DNA from: Octopus sinensis
Taxonomy: Eukaryota
Length of the DNA: 64,000 nt
Direction of reading: 5' to 3'
Assembly (NCBI RefSeq): GCF_006345805.1
Contig: NC_043002.1
Span: 60,202,001 to 60,266,000 of the forward strand
Shown here: in pieces, positions 1 through 14,115 of the stretch
How the letters are laid out: each line of letters begins with the position of its first letter
Position numbering within the stretch: position 1 is the first letter of the stretch
Program-made: the position numbers and the translations under genes
The notes under the pieces: model-generated
What the model was told of the DNA's origin: nothing
Seen by the model: the letters and a program-made list of their open reading frames with translations, nothing else
The model's database searches: none

Positions 1-606
1 GAATAATAAAAGAGAAACACTATATTACGCTTGTAACTAAACAAAGAGAGGAAAAAATATTAAAATAATCCTAATTCATGGTATAAACGCTTGTGTTTCA
101 TAGTATATGCGAGGCAGAAGAAAGATGTTATGGCGACAACATATAATGAAAGTTTCGAAATGGAAGAAGCAGAATGAATACAACCGCGAATTGAAGATCT
201 TAGGTTTAATAAGGATTCTGCGCTGTTTTTCTGGTAGTTTCTTCCTACTTTTTTATAAATTTCTATATCTAATTTTCTGTTTTTTACATTCTCCTAATCA
301 ATTCTGTCCCCTTCCCTCCTCTACAAGCATCTTCATCACCGTGGTCATTGTTGTACTTACCAGCACCACACCCGTCACCAGCACCACCCCAATAACAAAC
401 ACCACAACCATTACCGTCACCATTACCACCACCACCACCACCACCACCACCAACACAACCACCACTGCCGCCACAGCCAACTTCACGACCAAGAACACCA
501 CCACGTCCAACAGAAAACAGAATGCAATCCACATTTGTTCGACTAAAGACGGTGTGCACCAGCACGGCCGCAGTCAAATGACTGAAACAAGTAAAAGAAT
601 GCAATA

Positions 607-755
607 GTACGCAATAGGTACGTAATCTTTCGACCCCGAAAGGATGAAAGGCAATGTCGACCTCGACGAAATTTGAGCTCACAACGTAAAGACAGACGAT
701 ATACCGCTAAGCATTTCGCCCAGCGTGCTAACGTTTCGGCCAGCTCGCCGCCTTA
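607..755 (-). mobile_element. tRNA-derived SINE, family B (Meta/MESC-like central domain), 3' part missing
   Basis: Reverse complement reads AAGGCGGCGAGCTGGCCGAAACGTTAGCACGC (A box), then GAGCTCAAATTTCG (B box), then GCCTTTCATCCTTTCGGGGTCGAAAG...GTACC. The same unit recurs more than 12 times in the window. Confidence 0.85.
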
Positions 756-1053
756 AATGAAGTACATATTATTTCCTTATACATTGAGAAAGGTAACAAT
801 CATGCTAGCTGCAAGCCTTCTGGGACGATTGTTATCATTAATGTATTGAGCATGTGCATCCGCATGTTGGTATCATTGAAATCATTTGAAAAATGAAAGA
901 ATTCCAAGGGATTTTGGTGCTCTAGTGAACACTTTGTAGACATACGAGTTAAGTTTGCAGTATGCGTATCAGCCGGTAAATAAGTGTGCCAGTGGGCAAA
1001 AATTTACCCATTAGCCTGAGGGTCGTATTTTTGAGTGGGATGCGAAATAGCTG

Positions 1054-1260
1054 CTATAGCCTCGAGACGACCAAAGCCTTGTGAGTGGATTTGGTAGACA
1101 GAAACTGAAAGAAGCCCATCGTATGTGTATATATATGTATATATATATATATATATGTGTGTGTGTGCCTGTGTGTGTGTGCCTGTGCGTGTATATATAT
1201 GTATGTATATATATATAGAGAGAGAGACAGAGAGAGAGAAACAGAGAGAGAGAGAGACAA
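1054..1260 (+). mobile_element. SINE family A internal fragment running into (TA)n/(TG)n/(GA)n microsatellite
   Basis: CTATAGCCTCG...ACCAAAGCCTTGTGAGTGGATTTGGTAGACAGAAACTGAAAGAAGCCCATCG matches the middle of the full-length copy at 55562-55998. Confidence 0.8.
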
Positions 1261-3364
1261 TTACAGTGGTTGCAAATAAATGTCCAACTGTGCTCTTTTG
1301 TTCACTCCAGCTTATTCAAATATATACATATGTACACACACACATACACTGACACTCACAGACATAACGACAGAGAGCGATAGTGGGGAGAGTGTAGTTC
1401 TCACGAACATGAGGTAGAGCGTTTGTTCTTCAGCAAGTCACTTCATTTCAACGTTGCTGCAAGCTGTTTCGACATTTGCCTTTAAAATTGGTGGTGTGAA
1501 GTGGGGGATGCTGGTATGCATGTGTGACTGCTGGTCTTCCATAAAGAACCTTGTCCGGATTTGTGTGTCAGCGGGGAACGTTAGGTGCACACCCATGGTC
1601 ATTTGTACACACACACACACACTTACATATATATATATATATATATAGCCTCCAAATTATTTGGGACAATACAACATGTATTTTGGCTGGAATTGTGGCT
1701 AATTTAGACCAGAGCCTCTCTAAGTTATTTTGTTGAAGCGATAATTCTAGTTTTGGGAACAGAAATATAGATTTATTGCTTTCGACGTATTGCTGAGAAA
1801 ATCAGCACACATTGGAAAAGAACTTTAAACAACCTACTAGCTTATAAATGTTTGGTTTCGCTGAGTGGGGGTGTGGGTGAGTACTGTTGAGGCGGCGCGT
1901 ATATTTTTTCATTGTTATCAACGGATATTTTCAAACTGATGTGATGTGCATTTTGTTTTTTATAAATATCACACCACACTTTTCATCAATTAATAGCCAA
2001 ATCGTCAATGTTTGGCGACAAATACAATATGATATATCGTATTAACATATAACATAATATAATGTAATGTAATATATGTTATTTGCGTATATCTGTATGT
2101 ATTTATGTATGTATGTATTTTTGTATGTACTACGAGGCCATCAGGAGATTGACAGTATGTATATTGAATAACAAAATAACATTCTACTATACAGACGTCT
2201 ATTTTCTCTAAAGAACTCTGGTTGTCATGACATACAAATAAAACCTCCAGTATCTTTGCCATATTGAAGATGGTTTGTACACCACACATACACGCACACA
2301 CACCCATACAATATAGGCACGCACAAACATACGCATACAATGATACATACACACATGCATATATACAAACATACATATTAATAAACATACAACCATACGT
2401 ACATTCGTCCATGCGCTCTTATATACTTCTTTGCGTACGTAATTGATATAGCGAAAAGAGAGCTTTATTTATTGAGAAAATCCAATGAAAATACACACGG
2501 GAGAAAGGAAAACAATTATTTTCATAGTAAAACGACCCTTGTTCTTTTAGTGTGTATTTTCCATAAACGAACAACAACAAGAATAAACGCAAAATATGAA
2601 AATAGCGAGTTTTTATCTAATATTCAAAGGAGATAAAAAAGCAAAACAACAACAGTATCGTAGCTCGACAAGTGGAAGCGATTGGAAGAAATAAAAGCTC
2701 TGCAATATTGCAATATTAGTTGTAAAGTAAAGTAGAAACAATTTTAGAAAATGGATATATGAAAGGTGAGTAGATAAAATTAGCGAAATATCGGATTAAA
2801 TGCCATACTGTATTTAGCTATTTATATTTTCCGATTTGAATTCCCTCTGGTATACAAATTTATTTTTCATCTATTTTCAGCTAAGAAGATATCAAATTTA
2901 GACGTCTATGTTAGTATTTCTGACATGATATGAACAGGTTGTCTTTCTGCTGACCTTTTCAGTCTACCTTCCACCACTTGTTAAGTTTTTACGACGTATG
3001 TCAAAAGCAAGATGTCATATAAAATAGGAATGAAATAACAAAGATATCATATTAGAAGAATAAAAAGAATTTTCTTCCTTTCAGTTTCATTGTTCTTTTG
3101 ACTCAGATGCTTTCGGTGCCATTAATTTATGTGACGGTGAATATATAAATCAATTTGAATTTATCGACGAAAGAATGTCATACTCATTAAAGCCGTTATA
3201 ATATGTAAACCCTAAACACATTTTTTTCAGTTTATCCTCCTCGAATCATAGGCCTCAGGGTAACGGAGATCCGGATTCCATTGCGCTAAAGTGGTCATCA
3301 TCGAAACATTCTTTTCAACAGAGTTCCAGTCCGTTGAAATATTCAAGACCAGCAGTTATAACTA

Positions 3365-3545
3365 GGAGATAACAAGTCGATTACATCAAGCCTAGTACTA
3401 AACGGGTACTTTATTTTATCGATCTCGACAGAATGAAATTTTAGGTTGACCAGAGCAAGATATTAACTCAGAACATAAAGAGACGGAAAAACTGTCGCTA
3501 AGCATTTTGTACAACATGCTAACGATTCCGCTAGCTCACTGCTTC
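3365..3545 (-). mobile_element. SINE family B, diverged copy
   Basis: AGTCGATTACATCAAGC...GGTACTTTATTTTATCGATCTCGACAGAATGAAA...CTAAGCATTTTG...GCTAACGATTCCGCTAGCTCAC aligns by eye with 56385-56592. Confidence 0.7.
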
Positions 3546-6500
3546 GTAGTAACTTCCACAATTACGTAAAAATGATTTAATAACAGGCTGAGAACAATTA
3601 AATTACTAACTGCGAACAAGGCTAGCAAATGCATAACATTGTGGACACTGGATTTATGCTAGCAAAATATTTACAATCTGATGATATATAATTTGTCAAA
3701 TATTTATTGTGTTTACACAGGACACTTAAATAACATCGGTAATGACAAAGGTGGGTGTTTTCATTTAAGTATCATCTAGATCCTAAGTCCGGATATTCGA
3801 GGTATATATGTGTACGACGTGAGTGCAACAAATATTTGAAAATGAATAATTTTTCAGTCAAAAAGAAAGCTGAATATCATTCATTCGATGTTACCAAGAA
3901 AACGAGAATAGATTATATTATATGAGATGTTATAGCACGACTGTGATGGCGCTATTTGTTTGGCGCCGCTGATTCGACACTGACTGGTTTGAAATTAGAC
4001 AATTTATCATTTTAACTTCCTCCCTTCCACTCACACTCTGTGTAAGTCTATTTTACCTTCTGTGTTTGAGGAGAGGGAAACAGTTTATGATGAGTGTTAA
4101 TTAAGAAATTATAATGTTCCTCGCACTCCCTCCTCTCACATACACCTTCCCTATATATGTATGTATATATGTATATGTATATCTACGTATATGTGAGTCT
4201 TTGCCTGTGTTAATCCCCCATCAGCGTGTGACACGCCGTGCTAGTATTTACGTTCTCGTATATTAGCTCTTTGGTAAAATATATATTCCCATCGGAGCAA
4301 CGCTAACATCGTCAGCAAGATTCCCGGTACGCCCTGAATATATTATTTTAATTTTTAGTGTGTCTTAAAGTCCTAATTCCATTTTAATAATTGACAAACG
4401 AGTATTGACCATCCCCAAGTAGCTCGAAACGCGCCTGTCATTTCTCTTTAGCCACCATACTGCGATGTATATCGTGTCGTTCAACACTACACGTTTATGA
4501 AGATTTTTTTTCAGGCATAAAACCCTACATTATGTTTTCTTTACACACTGTAAATGTATTTCGTATGATACACGTACGGCGATGTTAATTTAATTTTCCT
4601 TCATTTGTATTCACTGAAAGTTTTCCGCTGCACAGGTCAGGTTCGTTCAATATTTCCTTCCATATGAATTTCCTGGGGTGTACGATACTGTCATGCCCGA
4701 AGAAAAAGGTCATTGAACTGCCGTTATCGTGAATGATTACTGCAATGTTGTTTGCTTCACTCTTATAGCTATTGTTTCTTTTAAAACAATGCTTGTGAAG
4801 AGATGTATCTCAGCAAAACCAGAGCGTGATGCAAAGGGCGTATTCCTATTTTTAACAGGATACACAGATGGTTTAGCATACTTTTCTGTGTGTGTATTTA
4901 TGAGGGAGAGTACGCAGTTTTTCCTACTGTGTTTAAGTAAGGTTTTGTATGAGACTTCAGAACCTGACTAAATGTTATTAGTATTATGAACCAAACAACA
5001 CCAGGTCTCAAATCCGATTTACACTTTTCAACTAAACAAGTTTCTCCAATCATCATGATTATGATGTTGATCATCATCATCATTATCATTGCACTCATGT
5101 TGTTATCATAACTGTTGTACTCTTTCCTTACTATTTATCTTTCAAACATTTTTTTGTCTTTTCCATTGTATTTCCTTTCCATTTCATTTTGCTTATTTAA
5201 GTCTCGTCTCGTCTGAATTGTAATAAATAGAAAGGAAGAAAATAGACAGAAGTTGTATAAATTTTCAATTAGTCCAGTTCGATTTTAGTTTTATTTTGTT
5301 GTTTCTTTTATTTCCTCTTTGGTCGTCATTTGATTTATTTCGATATAGTTTGTGGTATTTCAAAGTACAACGATGGCGTAACAATGGTTTGCACTAAACA
5401 GTCGAAATATTACCTTAACGTGTGTTAACTATTTATGGGTGTTGAAGGTTAGACAAGTGTCAGTTAACCTATTCAATTCAGCTGTATAGACGGAAATAAA
5501 GTTTGTTTCTCGCTGTAAAATATCGAGATATTTGAATATCTTATGGCAATATATTTTTACATTGTTCATATTTATTTGAAGTTCAAAGCTAAACGCAAAT
5601 ATTTGTTTTAGCTGCTTGTAAATAAACGACACTCACATTAATTTATGCAAGAGTTTGGTAATTTGGGAACGGACTAGGAAGTGGACAAGCCTAAACAATT
5701 GGCCATTTCCTATTGAAATGTGCTATGCTGCATCAAGATGAGCAGTATCATGATGTATTTAAGCACATCTGCCGCAACCCCACCAGCTCGAGCAATGTTC
5801 GTAAACCATTCTCAAATAATACGTTAATATTTTGAATGCTGAGCTCGTTGTCCTAATTGCTCGGGTGTATAATTCTGAATATATGAGAACTGACTGTTGT
5901 CTTTTTGATTCATCTTCTCGGCAGCGTCTTGCTTCTTCTGCCCACCCTTTGCGGTGATGACAGTCGATTGTATATCTGAATTCATAGGCTGATATTAATC
6001 AAATACATCAATGTTGCAAAACCCAGCATTACCGGCAAAGCTGTCGACACACGCATTGATATATTTGGGTACATTGAATTGTGAAACACATTAAAATCAT
6101 ACTGGAGTCCATTTTCTATTTGGATAAAATAAACAGAAGTCAACTACGTAAGACGATTTCAGAAATCGATCAGAAACAGCGGTCGTGTTAGCAAACGCTA
6201 TGCAAGTGTAAAAGCCATTGTATTTCTCTCCATTGCATTGTATCTGATTCAGAAATATATCTTTTCTGTTCTGACAAATCGCAAGACATCCTTGGTGAAT
6301 TCCTTGACAAGGACAAAGCGTTACTCATGCAGATTTTACGAAATAATAGAGAAGTTGTTTCCCATCGAGTCCCTTTCCGTATATTTTGGAGGGAGCGAGG
6401 TGAGGGTGGAAGAGTTCTTGTCAGTTACAGAAACATTTGCCACTCTTGCTTAGATACGCAGGATATGAACAGTCAAAAGACATCGGAAAATATTTTGTTC

Positions 6501-6942
6501 GATGTTTCAACAATTACGCCAAACGAATAACCTTCTAGGTTATCATATGGGTACCAATAGAGTCGGTGTGAACATCGGTGATGATTTAACACAGAAAGTA
6601 AATTGTAAAAAAATTTGACTACGAGGTATTTTCGCCTACGATCCATCAATTTTTCTACTTCATTTCATCATCTCTTTGTCCGTCCACAAAAAGCGCTGTG
6701 TATTACGACTGATTCCCGTTGTTTATATAGGTGACGCATGTACGATGATTAAATACAAGAAAAGTCCATTATATAACTCTTATTTATACTGCAATTCACA
6801 TCGTATGTATTATTAATTGTTCACATGTAATATACAAATAAATATCTGTAAATATAAAACCAGCCGAATTTCTGAGTACCTCATTTCTTCTAATATAAAA
6901 TACCTGTACATCATCTCGAAACCTTCTAAGATACATACATAC

Positions 6943-7014
<72 letters not shown>

Positions 7015-7024
7015 ATATGTATGC

Positions 7025-7063
<39 letters not shown>

Positions 7064-7607
7064 AGTGTGAGAAGGAAAGGAAGAGAGATAAAGAGAGAGA
7101 TTATTCATGCGTGTGATTTCCTTATAGTCTTACGTGAAGAGCGGGGACCACTGATTCACATAAATCACGAATACCTGAACGTGTAAGATGGAGCAGATAG
7201 ACAAATCGAATCCAAAACTGAACCAAATAATACCGACTATAATACTTTTACGCTGTTACCATACACTATAAATATTAAAGTATAAAAATAAAAACAAAAG
7301 TTCCGGGCGTAGTGAGCCATATATGTGACAATATTAACAAAGATGCAATCCATATTATCATTTAATCACCGATTCTTACCGAATCACTATCAGAATATCT
7401 GTTTGACATGACAGGACACTCGCTCACTAAGTTGAATGATAAATGCGTACAGACGCAAACCAGTCCAACTGTAAAGATTGTATGTAGATGAAAGAATAAT
7501 CAAGTAGCAGAAAGAAGATAAATAGATAGCTGGTGGAAAAATAACATATCCTTTGAGACAGGCATATATACAAGGACACAAACTAAAAAAGATATTTCTT
7601 TCTTTTT

Positions 7608-7639
<32 letters not shown>

Positions 7640-7870
7640 TTTCGTTACTGTTAAAGAGGACGGCTATTCAGTCTTCTGCATTCAGAATGGAGATTTCAGT
7701 CTCTGAAGACAAGTAACAGCGTAGAATTAGAATCATCAGTTACGCGATTGTTGTATACATTCTGACCGAAAAATTGACCAGGAAGCCACATGGGTTGATT
7801 GTAAGCTCTTTATTCATATATTTTTCTTTGTTTTTATATTTATTTCCTTCACCGTGTGTCAGTGTATATA

Positions 7871-7964
<94 letters not shown>

Positions 7965-7997
7965 ATTATATATATATATTCATATATATATATACAC

Positions 7998-8044
<47 letters not shown>

Positions 8045-9143
8045 CGTGTGTGTGTGTGAGTGTGTGTGTGTATATATGTATAATCATATGCGTATAATCA
8101 CTGTTTTCTTTATCTCAAGCTTTCTTCTCATTTTTGTTTTTGTTTCTGCCTTTTGTTTTTCGGTTTTTAGGTCTCAAACCTATCAAATCAAATTTCAATG
8201 TAAGTATAATGCCGCAACATATGCCAATGAAGGTATTCTGATGTATTGTGCGCTATTGTATTATAATGCTGTTCTCTATCTTGTTTTACAGTACATGAGA
8301 TGATAATAACTTTCGTATTTCACCGACACAAAAATAACCTGAACGAAAGATGCAAAAATAGAAAGACATGGACACTGGAATATATAAGTATATGCAAATG
8401 GAGATGTAATATATAGGTATTAGACATACGGAGAAGAATGCATTATTATACAAATCTACTCTGCAATCATAGTAGCAGAGGAGAATTCTAAGATTGAAGA
8501 ACATTCATTCATATTATACGTAGATATTATACATAGATATGTTCCATAATATAGTCTAAATATGCTAATCACTAAATATAACACACACACACACGCACAC
8601 ACAGCCACACAGATACAGACACAAACACGATGAGATATATATATATATATATATACACACACAAATATAAATACGTTCACGGAAACCTACATAGAGACAA
8701 ACTTGCAAACATACAGACGAGTTTACAAAATCGGTGGCTGTCATATATAATTTAAAGAACAGCTATGATAAGATTCAATATCGGATAAGCTATGAACGAA
8801 TATGTTTGATAAAATATTTAACTAAATGAATATAAGATGTAATAGGATATACATTTTGAAAGAAAAATAGCATTAGGTAAATGTATCTTGATTTTTTTTT
8901 TGTCTTTTTAATTCATATACTGCTATATGATACAATATGCAATTTTGAAAATTGTATTATATATGAAATAATAATGTAACGTGTATGATGTGATAGAATA
9001 TGGTCTAATGCAATGTTATACTTTAAAAGATATGATATGGGCACAGGCTCAGACAATAACATATCGTTAACAAGTTCGCTTCGCAAACATATAGAACAGC
9101 GTTTTATCAAACTGCATGGTCACTGTGGATAAAACACTTTATA

Positions 9144-9666
9144 CGAGGGTGAGTCAAAAAGTAATGCCATTTTGTTTAGGACAGCTATAATTACCAAAAC
9201 ATGAACATGTATCATGCATTAAAATGAAGCTGGTCCTCTGTGGATCACATTAGTATTTCTCAACGTAGTCATCGTTTCTCTTAATAGCATGTATCCCTGC
9301 CCCGTAAAATTCTGTTGACTTTTTTGGGCCACTTCTTCACTACAGTTTTCACTTCCACGTCACTCTAATAATATTTGCCTCTCAAATCATCTTTCATGGG
9401 GCCGAAGAGATGATAGTTCAGTGAGGTGGAAGTGAAAACTGTAGTGAAGAAGTGGCTCAAAGAACAGTCAACAGAATTTTACGGGGCAGGGATACATGCT
9501 CTCATTCGAAGATGGAAAATTGCTATTGATAGAGACGGTGACTATGTTGAGAAGTATGGATGTGATCCACAGACGACCAGCTTCGTTTTGATGTATGATA
9601 CATCTTGCTGTGTTGGTAATTATACCTGTCCTAAACAAAATGGCATTACTTTTCGACTCACCCACG
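9144..9666. mobile_element. Palindromic mariner-derived non-autonomous element made of two inverted copies of a transposase 3' end
   Basis: TA dinucleotides at 9142-9143 and 9667-9668. Termini CGAGGGTGAGTCAAAAAGTAATGCC and GGCATTACTTTTCGACTCACCCACG are inverted. Arms span 9144-9364 and 9420-9666. The + strand encodes EVKTVVKKWLKEQSTEFYGAGIHALIRRWKIAIDRDGDYVEK (mariner C-terminus). The spacer on the - strand reads NYHLFGPMKDDLRGK, the motif that follows YSPDLAP. Confidence 0.9.
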
Positions 9667-9879
9667 TATATGAATCTCGGCCAGATCAGCGACGTGTGAG
9701 TAGAATTTGCTAGACGAAAGCTGTACAAAAGATCGACGGGTTGTATGCACACAGGCGCGCGCGTGCGCACACACACAATTAAAGAGTCATAGAACAATTG
9801 TCAAACGGAAATGATTACTGCTGTATAATTGTAGCACCCCAACGACTGGTTGTAATGAGCGGAAGTACAGGTACTTTTA

Positions 9880-10399
9880 TATATATCAATGAATTTGCAT
9901 CGTAAATTATCTGGGAAATGGGAAGAAATTCATATCAGTTTTATCAACGTCTGGCACCTCAGATTCATCTGGAATTAACAATGGACTCGATACTCTCCAC
10001 CGTCTGGAAGAAACCCTCAGAGAACATCGTTGTGTAAGGTGTTACGATATTCTTTGGGAAGATGTCTGTAATGAAATATTTTATACACTCTCCGTGCTAG
10101 TTTCCATTAATTTGAAGATAAAGCTTTCATCCACTTTTCCACATATTTTGCAATTGCTATGAGACTGATTTATATTACTCATTGTCGTTGCTATGTTCAT
10201 TCTAATGATTTGTTTGTGAACAGCTCTAATCAGCGATTCCACTTCGCATTTCAGTTCTCCATTTCGCAACCACTTGCCAGTATTTTCCTTCCAACCGCAT
10301 CAGTTTCTTTACAATTTTCTGTTCTCTTCTTTTTATTTTTGAAATTTCTCATGGTTTCGGTGACAACGTTGATATTTCTAACTGCAAATAATATTCTTT

Positions 10400-10466
<67 letters not shown>

Positions 10467-10520
10467 CTCTCTCTCTCTCTCTCTTCATCATAATTTTCCA
10501 AACTTTGCACTTAATCGCAT
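9880..10520 (-). pseudogene. Degraded Dong/R4-clade non-LTR retrotransposon fragment (pre-zinc-knuckle to RHD region), interrupted by (CT)n at 10402-10483
   Basis: Minus-strand WLRNGELKCEVESLIRAVHKQIIRMN...CKICGKVDES and KEYRNTLHNDV parallel WLRSSGLKAETEGFLIAAQDQ...RICGDGQET...KEYIHRHDRV in the element at 29907. Confidence 0.65.
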
Positions 10521-11006
10521 ACTCTAAAATCTGCCACCTTCGTCACTTCGGAAGCGCAAAGAAGCCCACTTTGCAGTCACATGGTTTATGGTTTTACCAA
10601 AGCTTCAGATCAATCATTGGCTTGCGAATGAATTTGCTACAAGGGAACTGTGTGGAAGCCCATCGTATATGTCTATGTGTGTGTGTGGGGGGAGGCATGT
10701 GTATCCGTGTGCTGTGAATGTGTGTGTATATGTGTGCGTGTGTGCATTTGTGTATGTATATATATATATACATATATATAGTAGTAGAAGCTTCGGCAGC
10801 ATTAGCAGTAGAATCCTTCTTCTGTGAAAATAGTCTCAGAAGATACATTTGACTATGTCTTTACAAAAGAAGGTGAAAGCATACTTTGTCGGGAATAGCA
10901 ATAATAATGCGATATCATGTACATAAACACATATCTCTTTATGTTTGCTCTATTTGTGTGCTGGTATATGTCCATATGTATGGGCTTATATGTGTCTTCT
11001 TTTGTC

Positions 11007-11047
<41 letters not shown>

Positions 11048-11864
11048 TAACAGTATAATTTTGTCTATATATCTAACACCACATTTCCTTAGCTGCCACA
11101 TTTAAAATATTTGTATCGCCGTATCTTTGCCTTTTTTGTTTCTGGAGATGACTTAATCTGGATAGGGTGGGTTGATTCAGAATAGTTTTCCGGGAGATAT
11201 AATGTTACACACGTTGTTTTGACTGGCTAAAATAACAGACCGTAATGACTCCAAAATATATAACAATACGCAAGTATTATATGACTGAAATAAAATACGA
11301 CATTTAACTATTTTCTTTCATCTATTTCATTTCATTCCAGTAGAGTTCTCTATTAACGATGACCATATCCCTTCAGGTTAACCGAAGAAAGTAAAAACTA
11401 AAACAGAAATACAATATAAACAAACACACAAAATCTAATGAATGGTCAATTATATGAATCTAAATCTGAATAGATTTCGAAGTCATCATGCACACAAACA
11501 AAAAGAACTTGGAAATTAATCTAGCAATTTTGTAACAGTATACTATAAGTGATTTCTACACAGACAAGAGCGGTAGTTACTTTAGACTATCTATTTAGTG
11601 TTTTCTTTTACTGAGTGTTCAATTATAATCGATGTAACTTTAACATTAAATATCTTTGGCGTTGATAAATACAACATTAAACACTATTTCTTCTGATTTG
11701 GCATCAAGCCTATTATTCTGTTGTCCAATGAATAAATTCGTGTTATTTAAATGCAATAATATTAGAGGACCTAATCTGTAGCCTTTGTGTTGTAGTATGA
11801 ATACAAATAACAACGAAAATAAGTCGAAAGCAGAAATTAGATGGCCAATATGATATTGTTTCTA

Positions 11865-12070
11865 ATTTAGGCAATAGGCCAGACATTCTTGAGGGAAACG
11901 GGTTAGGCAATTACATCGACTCTTGTGTTAAACTAAGACTCTATAATTTCAACTTTGATCGGGTGAAAGACAAAGATGACCTCGACGGTCATTGGCCTCT
12001 ACATTGCCACAACAAATACTGCAAGGCGTTTTAAAGGATACTCTAATAATTCTGGGAATCCACTACCTTT
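11865..12070 (-). mobile_element. SINE family B, highly diverged copy
   Basis: TAGGCAATAGGCCAGACATT...ATTACATCGAC...GTGAAAGACAAAGATGACCTCGACGG follows family B order. Confidence 0.55.
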
Positions 12071-12449
12071 TCCACACGATGTATTATTAAAGGGCCTAAT
12101 GTAAACCTTTTGTAATCTGAAGGAGTATAAATATCAGTCGATACACAAATGCGATGGACGGTAGGATTTTTTTTAGGGAATAAGACATAAACTTTTGATG
12201 TATTTTACTTCCAACTCTAGAGGGATGGAAGAGAAAGGTCATCTCCATGATAAATCACCCGAGAAAATAAAACCATATTCACCACCATATCCTCCAATCC
12301 CCGTAATAACTTACGAAAGTATATTTTGATCGATGCTCTTGTATATCTTATTAACGGAATAAGCCGTACTAAAGACTCTGGCAGCTCGCATTTACATTTA
12401 TAATTAACTTATATATACCGTATAAAATAACATAAAATTAGGTTTCAAA

Positions 12450-12617
12450 TTTTGGGAGAAGGCCCGCAGCCTTGTGGATGGATTAATTTGATTACAGGAA
12501 CAAAAGTGTTCAATAGGTACTTATTTTATCCAGCCCGAAACTCAGAACCTAAAGACATACGAAATAACGCTAAGCATTTTCCCAAAGTGCTACCGTCTCT
12601 GCCAGCTCGCCGCCTTA
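12450..12617 (-). mobile_element. SINE family B, internally deleted copy
   Basis: Ends ...GAAATAACGCTAAGCATTTTCCC...TCTGCCAGCTCGCCGCCTT, the family B head in reverse. Confidence 0.7.
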
Positions 12618-13061
12618 AAATACCATACATATATTAAATAAACACAGGATGCAGTCAATATACTATCACAAAAGTATCGTTTGTAATACGAAAATAACAG
12701 GAGCAAGTGAATAAGCGAAATAGTATAGGAATTGTTAGGATACAACAGGACTCACAGAAATGATAATGTAAAACAGAATTTACACAAGTGCATAAGGTGC
12801 ACAACGACAAGAAAATTTCAGGTTCAAATCCGACATTGATATCAATCGGGGAAAGGAAAGTTACATACAAACTGTTCAACATAAACACACACATGCAGAC
12901 ATACACATCTATACACACATTAACACACACTTACGAGTACACACAAGGGGCGTGGACTAGTGGTTAAGGTATTTTTTGTTTTTTCCTGTCCTGTATTGTA
13001 TCATCCAACAGTCCGGATGTCTTGTTGTCGCCTGTTACGTTCTTGTTCCATTTTTTGTTTT

Positions 13062-13116
<55 letters not shown>

Positions 13117-13120
13117 TGTG

Positions 13121-13153
<33 letters not shown>

Positions 13154-13674
13154 ATGTACATACATATATATATATATATATATAGAAATAGATACACGCA
13201 CACGCATGCATATATATATATATATATATATATATTAGCGTGTGTGTAAGAAAGTGCGTGTGTAATATATATGAGTGTAGTATAATTCACATAAATATGA
13301 TCAGAGTTAATTGATATCCAGTGGCCCAGACAAATATGTTGTTCGTGTCTAAGTGACCTTCGTTATTTAGATATTGAAATATTTCACATGTAGTGAGACA
13401 CGTCATGTCTAGACGAAATCTATCTCTTATTCTGCAAGACATTAGACAAGATAACAAAGTGGATTACGAAATTATATGTTTTAGAAGAAATATATCATTA
13501 TAGTCTTGTTATTAAATACCGATTCTCGCCAAATCCTATTTCATTTCTTTTTCTGCTTCATTTATATCATAATTCTTAGCAAATATTACTGTTCAAACAT
13601 GTCTACCCCATGCAACTTAAGACAGAAAAGAGTAAAAATATATTAAATGAAATAGTATGCAGGAAACTTTTCTT

Positions 13675-14115
13675 AAGAGCGGAATCGTTGATACGCAGAA
13701 TGAAATGATCGCGGTATTTCGCTTGTCGCTACGTTCTGATTTTAAATTCTGCAGATGTCGACTCTGCTTTTCATCGGTTCGGGGTCGGTAAAGTAAATAC
13801 CAGTTGAGTACTGGGATCGATGTAATCGACTATCCCCCCACTCCCCCAAATTGCAGGTCTTGTACCTATAGTAGAAAGGATTATTATTACTATTATTCTA
13901 GCAGAATCGGTCGTTAAAAAGCGAGACTAAACGTTTAACGGCATTTCGTCCGTTCTTACGCTCTGAATTCAAATGCCACCGCGATCGGCTTTGCCTTTGC
14001 TCTTTTCGGGGTCGATGAAATAAGTAACAGTTGTCCTGTGGCGTTGATGTAATCGACGAGACCCCCTCCTCCCAAATTTCAGGCCTTGTAACTATAGTAG
14101 AAAAGATTATTATTA
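13675..14115 (+). mobile_element. Two tandem SINE family B copies (about 13675-13895 and 13898-14115) with (ATT)n tails
   Basis: Both contain GC(C)TTT..C..TTCGGGGTCG.T.AA.TAA.TA..CAGTTG...GATGTAATCGAC...CCCCCAAATT.CAGG.CTTGTA.CTATAGTAGAAA.GATTATTATT. Confidence 0.85.

Noticed and set aside
107-682. Thr-rich mucin-like ORF and antisense Gly-rich ORF
   Set aside because: Produced by an (ACC)n tract and ends inside SINE sequence.
4392-4440. TGACA...CTCGAAACGCGCCTGTCA, a possible hammerhead remnant
   Set aside because: Stem I and GAAAC are present, but the CUGANGA box and cleavage triplet are not. Too degenerate to call; the same applies to remnants near 25170, 27040 and 29225.
6238-6530. Overlapping short ORFs in unique sequence, possible host exon
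   Set aside because: No recognisable domain and no convincing donor/acceptor pair.
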